IMG/VR virus record: IMGVR_UViG_3300030095_004968
Span: 1-37,829 of that record
Length of the DNA stretch: 37,829 nucleotides
Origin: a virus
Taxonomy: Duplodnaviria > Caudoviricetes
Strand: one strand, 5' to 3'
The notes beneath the pieces were generated by a model. That model worked only from the letters and a program-made list of their open reading frames with translations. It was not told where the DNA came from and made no database searches. Below, one piece after another: positions 30,722 through 37,829 of the stretch; position 1 is the stretch's first letter, and every line of letters starts with the position of its first letter. A program made the position numbers and the translations under genes.

Positions 30722-31665
30722 CCAATCATAATTTAGAAGTTTGTCAAGCAATCATAAGTTCAATTGCGGATAGAAAACTCAATGATGCTCAAGATATGCT
30801 TGAGTCCACCATGAATAACAAAATTTCCGATGCCTTAGTTGAGCGTAGAGATATTGTTGCTCTTGAACTGGGACAAAACATCAATGAAGAAGATAGCGAT
30901 TACGACACATTCTTCAAGAAAGCAATGAAGAAGTTTAATATTTCTTCCCCCGGCGATCTTAAGTCCGAAGAAGAGAAGAAAAAGTTTTTCAGTTACGTTG
31001 ATAAAAACTTTAAATCAAAGAATGAAGAAACTGAACTTGACGAAGGCACACCCAACAAACTGAATGAAGCAATGGTTACATCAACAGGAAAAAATATCTC
31101 ATATAAAGATGGACCTTATACGGGTGAAGTCATAAAAAAAGGAAAGATAGTTAGGACTGAAACTGACTTAGAGTTCAACGAACTTGCCAAGTTTATTGAA
31201 GACTACGCTAACTATGGAAGAAAAGTAAACATCAAGGATAACAAAGGACGAACCGTTCATAATGAATCCGTACTTGATGAAGAAGTAACTCCTAGCAATC
31301 CGACAAGTGTTCAAGTAGGATTTGAAGGGCAACGTGATGGTGTATTAAATGCGATGGGGTCAAACAACCCAGACGATTTAAATTTGTTTGATTACAACGG
31401 CGATGGTGTAATCGACTTTGATGATTTGCTGATTGTCTTGTCAATGGAAAGTGCTGGTGAAGATCCAATGTACGCCTTCCAATATCGTGAAGACGGACGA
31501 GATCCCACTACGTCCGGGTCCGGTAAAAAATCAACACCAAACATTTCCGGTGTTGGAGGGAAAAGACCCACAATGCCATCAAATCCGACAATCGGTGGAT
31601 CGCCTACAATGACCGGACAACCAAGTCTCGTCGATCCGATTCAAGCAATGGGCGGTAGAGGCTAA
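30718..31665 (+). CDS. Putative prohead core / internal head polyprotein with an EF-hand/dockerin-like motif
   Basis: gp67-like N-terminus (M..K..DAL...R..VA..L). Modules separated by INEE, LDEG, LNEA and LDEE. DYNGDGVIDFDD at 31390-31425. Pro/Gly-rich tail. Confidence 0.65.
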   Translation: MTNHNLEVCQAIISSIADRKLNDAQDMLESTMNNKISDALVERRDIVALELGQNINEEDSDYDTFFKKAMKKFNISSPGDLKSEEEKKKFFSYVDKNFKSKNEETELDEGTPNKLNEAMVTSTGKNISYKDGPYTGEVIKKGKIVRTETDLEFNELAKFIEDYANYGRKVNIKDNKGRTVHNESVLDEEVTPSNPTSVQVGFEGQRDGVLNAMGSNNPDDLNLFDYNGDGVIDFDDLLIVLSMESAGEDPMYAFQYREDGRDPTTSGSGKKSTPNISGVGGKRPTMPSNPTIGGSPTMTGQPSLVDPIQAMGGRG

Positions 31666-32318
31666 TGTTACTCATTACTGAAGTCAATGATAATGTAAAA
31701 CTTGTCACCGAAGAAGTGAACGGTGAAAAGCAATATCATATTGATGGAATCTTTATGCAAGCGGAACAAAAGAACCGCAACGGTCGAATTTATCCAAAGA
31801 AAACTTTGATGAATGAAGTTACCCGATATAACGATGATTATGTCAAAACTGGTCGTGCGATGGGTGAACTTGGTCACCCAGAAGGTCCACAATTAAATCT
31901 TGAAAGAGTTTCACATCTCATCAAAGAACTCCGCGTAGATGGAAATGATATCTACGGGAAGGCAAAGATTCTGGATACACCCTACGGCAAGATCGTAAAA
32001 GACCTTGTGAAAGAGGGCGTACAGATTGGTGTTTCTTCTAGAGGTATGGGTTCACTCAAACAAAAAGGTGGTATTAATGAAGTCCAAGACGATTTCAATC
32101 TTGCTGCCGTAGATATCGTTGCTGATCCATCTGCTCCTGATGCTTTCGTTCAGGGAATTATGGAAGGTAAAGAATGGGTGTGGGAAAACGGTCTGCTTAC
32201 AGCAAAAACCGTTGAAGCACATCAAAAGCATATCCGTCGTGCGTCTAAGTCGGATCTTGAGGAAGCAAAGTTGTATGCTTTCGCGGATTTCCTCTCAAAA
32301 ATAATGAAAGATAAATAA
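31665..32318 (+). CDS. gp21: Prohead protease gp21
   Basis: MLLITE, GIFMQAE.KNRNGR.YP, A.GELGHP (catalytic His), GVSSRGMGSL (catalytic Ser) and DIVADPSAPDAFV motifs. Confidence 0.97.
   Translation: MLLITEVNDNVKLVTEEVNGEKQYHIDGIFMQAEQKNRNGRIYPKKTLMNEVTRYNDDYVKTGRAMGELGHPEGPQLNLERVSHLIKELRVDGNDIYGKAKILDTPYGKIVKDLVKEGVQIGVSSRGMGSLKQKGGINEVQDDFNLAAVDIVADPSAPDAFVQGIMEGKEWVWENGLLTAKTVEAHQKHIRRASKSDLEEAKLYAFADFLSKIMKDK
32310..32317 (+). promoter_or_regulatory. Putative late promoter GATAAATA for gp22-gp23
   Basis: Overlaps the gp21 stop, followed by TAAGGAG SD. Typical position in T4-like phages. Confidence 0.7.
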
Positions 32319-32338
32319 AAAAGACTAAGGAGACAATA

Positions 32339-33451
32339 ATGAGTCTTAAGAACGCTTTAGAAACTGCGAAGGAAATTCTCGAACAATCAGAACTTCAAGA
32401 GGGCGATATGCTCAAAATGAAGAAAAGTAAACTTGCCGCTGGTGGGGACTCAACAGATGTTGAAATGTCCGCCGATGGTGAGGGATCTAAGTCTGCTGAC
32501 GGTGTTACCCCCAAAATCGCCAAGCCTGTCAAGCCCGGTGGCAAAACCGAGGTTGAAGGTGAAATGTACGATGATGAGGAAGAATACTACGATGAGAGCG
32601 AAGTCGCAACCCCCGGTCAAACAATGAAGTTTAAGAAGGCTAAATCCGAAGAGGAAGAGTCTGCCATGATGATGACCCCCGGACAAAAAAAGAAAGTCAA
32701 AGAATCACTTGAAGCGTTTAAGGAATTATTCTCTTCTGAAGATTTCTCTGATGACTTTAAGATGTCTGCTCAAGCAGTTTTTGAAACCGCTATTGAGAAT
32801 CAGGTCGATGCAATCCGAGACGAACTTTATGCAGAATTCCAAGAACAACTGGATACTGAAAAACAACATCTCGCAGTTAAACTTGACGAATATCTTTCCT
32901 ACGTCACTGAAGAGTGGATGAAGGAAAATGAAGTTGCAATTGACACTGGCATTCGTGGTACGGTAACTGAGTCCTTTATGAAAGGTTTGAAAGACCTTTT
33001 TGAAACTCACTACGTCACCATGCCAGAGGAATCACTTGATCTTGTTGAAAGTCTTAATGGCAAGATTGAAAATCTCGAAGATAAACTCAATGAGTCTATC
33101 GAAAGAAATGTTGATTTGTCAAAAGGCTTAGTCAAAGCACAATGTGAAGCAGTGTATCAAGATGCTTCCAAAGATTTAACGGTTTCCGAAGAGGCTCGGT
33201 TCCGTCAACTTTCAGAGAAGGTTGACTTCCAAGATGCTTCAGAATTCCAAGATAAAATTACCACTCTTAAAGAAAACTTCTTTAACCAGTTCGAGGAAAC
33301 TCAAACTAGCGTTCCAACCCCTCTCGTTGAGGAGTATGCAACACCCGAAGAAGAGGCTGTAAATGAATCGGTTGAATTGTCACCCACAATGAACGCATAT
33401 ACCAATATGCTCAACAGAATTAATTCGGTCGATAAGAACAAAGTTTCATAA
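32339..33451 (+). CDS. gp22: Prohead core scaffolding protein gp22
   Basis: Acidic coiled coil with FK..A..VFE.A and K.D.YL.YV.EEWM.ENE.AI..GIR....ESF..GLK.LF..HY motifs. Precedes gp23. Confidence 0.93.
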   Translation: MSLKNALETAKEILEQSELQEGDMLKMKKSKLAAGGDSTDVEMSADGEGSKSADGVTPKIAKPVKPGGKTEVEGEMYDDEEEYYDESEVATPGQTMKFKKAKSEEEESAMMMTPGQKKKVKESLEAFKELFSSEDFSDDFKMSAQAVFETAIENQVDAIRDELYAEFQEQLDTEKQHLAVKLDEYLSYVTEEWMKENEVAIDTGIRGTVTESFMKGLKDLFETHYVTMPEESLDLVESLNGKIENLEDKLNESIERNVDLSKGLVKAQCEAVYQDASKDLTVSEEARFRQLSEKVDFQDASEFQDKITTLKENFFNQFEETQTSVPTPLVEEYATPEEEAVNESVELSPTMNAYTNMLNRINSVDKNKVS

Positions 33452-33466
33452 CCAAGGAGAATACTA

Positions 33467-34948
33467 ATGGAACAAATGCTTGTTGAAAATCTGAAAGATA
33501 AGTGGGGACCAGTTCTTAACTGTGAAGGAATGGCTCCCATTAAAGACGATTACCGTAGAAATGTTACGGCAATCTTACTTGAAAACCAAGAAAAAGCACT
33601 TCGTGAAGAAGCGAACCTTGCTCCCGTTCCTAACGGCGCACAAGGTCGTGACTTTGTAAATACTGATGGTTCTTTTTCAAGCGTTGGTGCGTTCGATCCC
33701 GTACTCATCTCGCTCGTTCGTCGCTCAATGCCCAACTTGATTGCATACGACATCTGTGGTGTCCAGCCTATGTCTGGTCCTACAGGTTTGATCTTTGCGA
33801 TGAAGTCTAAGTATGTCCCGAGAAGCACTGATACTGATATTCACCCATTGGGTGGTGCAGAAGCACTCTTCAATGAGGCTGCTACTAAGTTCTCTGGAAC
33901 ATCTGGTGGTGACGGTTCTACTGCTGGTGCTGGTTTCCCCGGCTTCGGTGGAACTGGTGACCCTCTGGGCGATGTCGGTGCTGCTGGTACTTCCGGTGCT
34001 GGTTTCACCGCTGGTGGCGCACAAAGCACCTTTGCAACCAATCCCGGTGTTACAACTGCGATTCTTGAAAATAGCACATTCAACGAAATGGGCTTCGTCA
34101 TCGACCGTCAATCTGTCGTTGCTAAGACTCGTGCATTGAAGGCTGAATACACCTCTGAACTCGCACAAGACCTCAAGGCTGTTCACGGTCTTGACGCTGA
34201 AGTTGAATTGGCAAACATTCTCTCCTCTGAGATTCTTGCTGAAATCAACCGCGAAGTCATCCGAACCATTTACAACAATGCTAAACTCGGATGTCAACAG
34301 TCTGGTCTGAAATTCACCGCTTCTGACAGTCCATTCATGGGTGGTTCTGGTGTTGGTGCGCAACAAGGTGTTGGCGGTATCTACGATATCGAAAACGACT
34401 CAGATGGTCGTTGGTCTGCTGAGAAGTTCCGTGGTCTGATGTTCCAAATCGACCGTGAGTGCAACGTAATTGCTAAGGAAACTCGTCGTGGTAAGGGCAA
34501 CTTCATTGTCTGCACCTCTGATGTTGCTTCGGCTCTTTCGATGTCTGGCTTCTTGAACTTGACCCCAACACCTGATGTCAACCTCACCGTTGATGATACA
34601 GGCAACACCTTTGCTGGTACTCTTAATGGCAAGATTAAGGTCTACATTGATCCTTACTCTGTCTCGGGTGCTGACTATGTTTGTGTTGGTTACAGAGGTT
34701 CCAGTCCATATGACGCTGGTATGTTCTACTGCCCATACGTTCCGTTGCAAATGGTTCGTGCAGTGTCGGAAAGCACTTTCCAACCGAAGATCGGCTTCAA
34801 GACTCGTTACGGTCTTGTCAACAACCCGTTCGTGTCGAGTGGTTCGGATGCTTCTGATCCTCACGGATCCAATGCGGCTCGTGCTAACCAATACTTTAGA
34901 ATCTTCCGTGTCTTGAATCTTCATGGCACTGATGTCTCTTCATCCTGA
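33467..34948 (+). CDS. gp23: Major capsid protein gp23
   Basis: KW.PVL, LLENQE, DPVLISLVRR.MPNLIAYDICGVQPM.GPTGLIFAM, RALKAEY..ELAQDLKAVHGLDAE.ELANILS.EI.AEINRE, FYCPYVPL and QPKIGFKTRYG motifs. Confidence 0.98.
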   Translation: MEQMLVENLKDKWGPVLNCEGMAPIKDDYRRNVTAILLENQEKALREEANLAPVPNGAQGRDFVNTDGSFSSVGAFDPVLISLVRRSMPNLIAYDICGVQPMSGPTGLIFAMKSKYVPRSTDTDIHPLGGAEALFNEAATKFSGTSGGDGSTAGAGFPGFGGTGDPLGDVGAAGTSGAGFTAGGAQSTFATNPGVTTAILENSTFNEMGFVIDRQSVVAKTRALKAEYTSELAQDLKAVHGLDAEVELANILSSEILAEINREVIRTIYNNAKLGCQQSGLKFTASDSPFMGGSGVGAQQGVGGIYDIENDSDGRWSAEKFRGLMFQIDRECNVIAKETRRGKGNFIVCTSDVASALSMSGFLNLTPTPDVNLTVDDTGNTFAGTLNGKIKVYIDPYSVSGADYVCVGYRGSSPYDAGMFYCPYVPLQMVRAVSESTFQPKIGFKTRYGLVNNPFVSSGSDASDPHGSNAARANQYFRIFRVLNLHGTDVSSS

Positions 34949-34971
34949 TTCTAAGTAAAAATTAAATACGC

Positions 34972-35004
34972 AGATAGGGGAGTCGAAAGGCTCCCTTATC
35001 TTTT
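34972..35004 (+). terminator. Rho-independent terminator after gp23
   Basis: 13-bp stem AGATAGGGGAGTC / GGCTCCCTTATCT (two G-U pairs), GAAA tetraloop, short T-run. Confidence 0.88.
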
Positions 35005-35005
35005 A

Positions 35006-35013
35006 CCTAAATA
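35006..35013 (+). promoter_or_regulatory. Putative late promoter CCTAAATA, 5 nt before the gp3 ATG
   Basis: TAAATA core immediately after the terminator. No SD before ATG 35019. Confidence 0.55.
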
Positions 35014-35018
35014 AATTG

Positions 35019-35681
35019 ATGACTGATCCAAACAATCCATTCATGGATTTACACAAGACGATCAATAACTATACCTCTCCCGGCACTAAAAGCGTTACGG
35101 GTGGGTTTACTTCCATTGATACAGATAACGATATACTCCCCGGTCTGACCGAGGGATTTCAAATCGGTAATCCACCGGGTGCTATTGGAAGACAACCAGA
35201 TAATGTAAACTACCTGTATCCCAATTTCTTTAGATTTAATATTTTTAAACTACCAAAGTTTGTATACTTTGTTCAAAAATTATCTCTGCCTCCGTTTGGA
35301 ACTGATGGTACACAGATACAACCAAGTAGATTTGTCAATGCTAATCACCCAAATACCAAGGCTACATTCGGACAACTTGCGGTGACCTTCTTGGTTGATG
35401 AAAACATGGCAAACTACCGTGAGTTGTACGATTGGATGCAATCGATATATCTTATCAAAAATCATAAGAACTTTGATTCAAATATTAAGAATCATTTTTC
35501 GGATGGATCTCTCCATATTCTGAATAGTGCCATGAATCCAAAGAAAGAGATTCGTTTTCACAATCTTCTGCCAGTTCAAATATCTGGTCTTGACTTTGAT
35601 TCTAGTGTTACAGACTTGACTCCACTTGTGGCTGACATGACTTTTTCTTTCGATTACTACGAATTCGTAGATTCCTGTTAA
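35019..35681 (+). CDS. gp3: Tail completion / tube terminator gp3-like, with N-terminal extension
   Basis: NYL.P..F.F...KLP...YF.Q...LP, F..L.V.FLVDE.M.NY.E.YDW, SD.SL.ILNS...P....F..L.P...SGL.FD and A..TF.F.YYE motifs. Follows gp23. Confidence 0.88.
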   Translation: MTDPNNPFMDLHKTINNYTSPGTKSVTGGFTSIDTDNDILPGLTEGFQIGNPPGAIGRQPDNVNYLYPNFFRFNIFKLPKFVYFVQKLSLPPFGTDGTQIQPSRFVNANHPNTKATFGQLAVTFLVDENMANYRELYDWMQSIYLIKNHKNFDSNIKNHFSDGSLHILNSAMNPKKEIRFHNLLPVQISGLDFDSSVTDLTPLVADMTFSFDYYEFVDSC

Positions 35682-35688
35682 TTTCTTC

Positions 35689-35716
35689 TTGACTCGACTC
35701 CACATCCCTTTATAGT
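35689..35716 (+). promoter_or_regulatory. Sigma70-type early/middle promoter for uvsY: TTGACT-N16-TATAGT
   Basis: Near-consensus -35 (35689-35694) and -10 (35711-35716) in the 73-nt gp3-uvsY gap. Confidence 0.65.
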
Positions 35717-35754
35717 ACGAGTGTCAACGAGAGAAAGGGAAAAAGGATTACATT

Positions 35755-36189
35755 ATGGAACTTACTGAATTAAGAAAAATGGTAGAAGCGGACGCTCAGA
35801 TCGATGACACTGAACTCGACACTGAAAGCCTTCGCCTCCCAAATCTACACAACAAATACCTGAATCTGTACCATGATTCCAAACTTCGATACGAGAGAGC
35901 CGCAAACGAATACAATCGGCTCTACAAGTTGAAGTGGGAATACTACACTGGAAAGATTGATGAGGAAACCCTAAAACAAAAAGGATGGGAACCTTTTGAT
36001 CACAAAATTCTACGCAATGATGTTAGCGTCTACATGAATGGCGATGATGATCTGTGTGCAAGAAAAGAAAAAATGGCATATATCCAAGCAATCGTAAACT
36101 ATCTTGAAGAGGTCGTAAAAGAGATTACCTTCCGACACACCAAGATCAAGAATGCAATTGAATGGCGTAGATTCTTATCTGGAGGATAA
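35755..36189 (+). CDS. uvsY: Recombination mediator UvsY
   Basis: D..ID.TELD.ESL..P.LH.KYL, KWEYY.GK, PFD.K.L..D...Y...D and IKNAIEW.RF..G motifs. Precedes uvsW. Confidence 0.93.
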   Translation: MELTELRKMVEADAQIDDTELDTESLRLPNLHNKYLNLYHDSKLRYERAANEYNRLYKLKWEYYTGKIDEETLKQKGWEPFDHKILRNDVSVYMNGDDDLCARKEKMAYIQAIVNYLEEVVKEITFRHTKIKNAIEWRRFLSGG

Positions 36190-36192
36190 ATA
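36185..36192 (+). promoter_or_regulatory. Putative late promoter GATAAATA upstream of uvsW
   Basis: Overlaps the uvsY stop. uvsW is a late gene in T4. Confidence 0.6.
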
Positions 36193-36199
36193 CAAATGT

Positions 36200-37693
36200 A
36201 TGCCAGATTATGTGATCGAGGAGTTAGACTCCTGTAATATCAAAGTGAAATGTGAAAGACATCACGCAAAAGAGTTGTCTGATTTCTTCACATTCAAAGT
36301 TCCCGGTCACAAGTTTATGCCCTCATATCGTGCGAAGAGATGGGACGGGCAGATCAAACTATACAACATGTATTCACAGAAAATTTATGCAGGGCTTGAA
36401 TCGTATATTGTCAAGTTCTGTAAAGAGCGTGGGTATACGTTTGAAACACCAAATCGCAAAAAAAGAAACTGGTCGGTAGACCACCTAGAATCGCTTCTGA
36501 GCGGTTTGAATATTCAGTTGGGTGGGAAGCCTGTAAAACCACATGATCACCAGAAGGAAGCCATACTCCACGGTATGAACACCGAGCGTTGCTTGCTGCT
36601 TTCACCCACAGGATCGGGTAAATCTTTAATCATCTATACACTTATGAGACATTTTATGAACCTTACTCCCGAGGACAAAAAAGTTCTGGTTATCGTACCC
36701 ACCGTGGGTCTGGTTTCACAAATGTTTCACGACTTTATTGAGTATGGCGGGGAAGGCTGGAACGCCCGAACACATTGTCACATGCTCTACTCAGGAAAGG
36801 AAAAAGCAACTCGTAGTCGAGTTGTGATATCAACATGGCAATCATTAGTAAACATGCCCGAAGAATTCTTTCAACAATTTGGGACTGTCTTTGGCGACGA
36901 AGCACACCTCTTCAAATCGAAATCATTGAAACAAATCCTCTCCCGCTTGACCACGTGTCCATATCGTATTGCAACGACCGGGACACTTGACGGACTACTG
37001 ACACACAAGTTAGTCATCGAAGGTTTGTTTGGTCCAACCAAGAAAGTCGTGACCACCAAAAAGTTGATAGAGCGAAAACTACTTTCAGACTTGACTATCG
37101 ATTGTCTAATGCTATCATATGGAGGAACTGATCGACAGTTCATGCGTAGAACACAGTATGCAGATGAAATCGAATGGATTGTCACAGACGAGCGCAGAAA
37201 CAAATTCATATGTGACTTAGCCGAAAAAACAAAGGGAAACACGCTTGTACTATTTCAGTTCGTAGAGAAACATGGAAAGGTGCTATACGAAATGCTTAAA
37301 GACTCTGAGAAGCCTGTGCATTTTATCTACGGAGGAACAGATGTCGAACAACGCGAATCAGTAAGAAAATTAGTTGAAGAAACAAATGATTCAATCATTA
37401 TTGCATCGTACGGAACTTTTTCAACTGGTGTGAACATTAAACGCCTAAATAATATTGTGTTCGCGTCACCGTCAAAGAGTCGGGTTAGGGTGCTACAGAG
37501 TATTGGAAGACAACTTAGAAAGTCTGTTCACAAAAGCACCGCACGACTCTACGACATAGTTGACGATTTGTCATGGAAAAAATATGATAACCATACACTT
37601 CGTCATTTCTATGAACGTAAAAAGATTTATGACGCGGAAGGCTTTGAATACAAGATCGTAAAGATCCCCCTACTAGGAGAACGAAATGGATAA
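36200..37693 (+). CDS. uvsW: SF2 DNA helicase UvsW
   Basis: ELSDFFTF.VPG.KFMP.Y....WDG.I.L, Walker A SPTGSGKS, DEAH box, TGT, and SPSKS..R.LQSIGR.LR. ATG 36200 preferred over the ORF-track start at 36152, which lies inside uvsY. Confidence 0.96.
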   Translation: MPDYVIEELDSCNIKVKCERHHAKELSDFFTFKVPGHKFMPSYRAKRWDGQIKLYNMYSQKIYAGLESYIVKFCKERGYTFETPNRKKRNWSVDHLESLLSGLNIQLGGKPVKPHDHQKEAILHGMNTERCLLLSPTGSGKSLIIYTLMRHFMNLTPEDKKVLVIVPTVGLVSQMFHDFIEYGGEGWNARTHCHMLYSGKEKATRSRVVISTWQSLVNMPEEFFQQFGTVFGDEAHLFKSKSLKQILSRLTTCPYRIATTGTLDGLLTHKLVIEGLFGPTKKVVTTKKLIERKLLSDLTIDCLMLSYGGTDRQFMRRTQYADEIEWIVTDERRNKFICDLAEKTKGNTLVLFQFVEKHGKVLYEMLKDSEKPVHFIYGGTDVEQRESVRKLVEETNDSIIIASYGTFSTGVNIKRLNNIVFASPSKSRVRVLQSIGRQLRKSVHKSTARLYDIVDDLSWKKYDNHTLRHFYERKKIYDAEGFEYKIVKIPLLGERNG

Positions 37694-37829
37694 CACCGCT
37701 TTCAAGGTTTTGAAACTAAGAAGTGGCGATGACATCATTGCACAACTAATAAAAAATACAAAAGAGTTTATTCGCCTTGAAAGACCAATGGTTATCAAGG
37801 TAATGCACTACGTTGATCCTGTGGGTGGT
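37686..37829 (+). CDS. Partial ORF downstream of uvsW (MDNTAFKVLKLRSGDDIIAQL...LERPM), Sm-like-fold conserved hypothetical of T4-like phages
   Basis: AGGAG SD at 37675-37679. The KL.SG.DII...L..P pattern is typical of the small gene between uvsW and gp55. Runs off the window end. Confidence 0.7.
   Translation, partial: MDNTAFKVLKLRSGDDIIAQLIKNTKEFIRLERPMVIKVMHYVDPVGG

Noticed and set aside
32609-32687. Short direct repeat ACCCCCGGWCAAA (TPGQ twice) 66 nt apart in gp22
   Set aside because: Only two copies, in frame, inside a variable N-terminal region. Not a CRISPR array or att site.
32686-32692. In-phase A-AAA-AAG slippery heptamer in gp22
   Set aside because: The -1 frame stops within about 6 codons, no clear stimulatory structure is seen, and the same heptamer occurs in other Lys-rich spots such as gp16.
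33725-34924. Long antisense ORFs (213 aa and 174 aa) opposite gp23, and similar ones opposite gp18, gp20 and the fibre
   Set aside because: Expected shadow of strong codon bias in highly expressed genes. No SD, promoter or recognisable motifs.
35699-35727. Perfect TTGACA on the minus strand (35727-35722) as an antisense promoter
   Set aside because: No acceptable -10 element at 16-18 nt spacing. Kept only as part of the dyad noted in findings.

Overview
This window is the late (virion) gene module of a T4-like myophage, densely packed and entirely on the + strand in standard code 11. The order is gp5 hub (no lysozyme domain), an unknown ORF, PAAR/gp5.4, a second unknown ORF, gp25, gp6, gp7-like and gp8. 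These are followed by a 1833-aa VrlC/DUF4815-like protein with a C-terminal tail-collar domain, a 1527-aa fibre with a duplicated collagen-like module, and a 386-aa unknown. The rest is gp13-gp20, two multi-domain prohead-core-region proteins, gp21, gp22, gp23, a terminator, gp3, uvsY, uvsW and the start of the next ORF. The gp23-gp3-uvsY-uvsW order and the large baseplate proteins in place of gp9-gp12/wac match aquatic, cyanophage/pelagiphage-type T4-like phages rather than enteric T4. Five signals stand out. (1) A Gly-X-Thr motif is enriched in the variable, probably surface-exposed parts of many unrelated virion proteins, a candidate virion-wide modification (glycosylation) sequon. (2) A prohead-core protein looks like a gp21-cleaved polyprotein and carries an EF-hand/dockerin-like motif. 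(3) A relaxed late-promoter motif (NATAVATA) recurs, with likely leaderless starts and a hairpin that blocks the gp13 RBS. (4) CCWGG, AGCT and GGCC appear to be avoided. (5) Novel ORFs flank the PAAR tip gene. All calls come from motif recognition and synteny; no database search was run.
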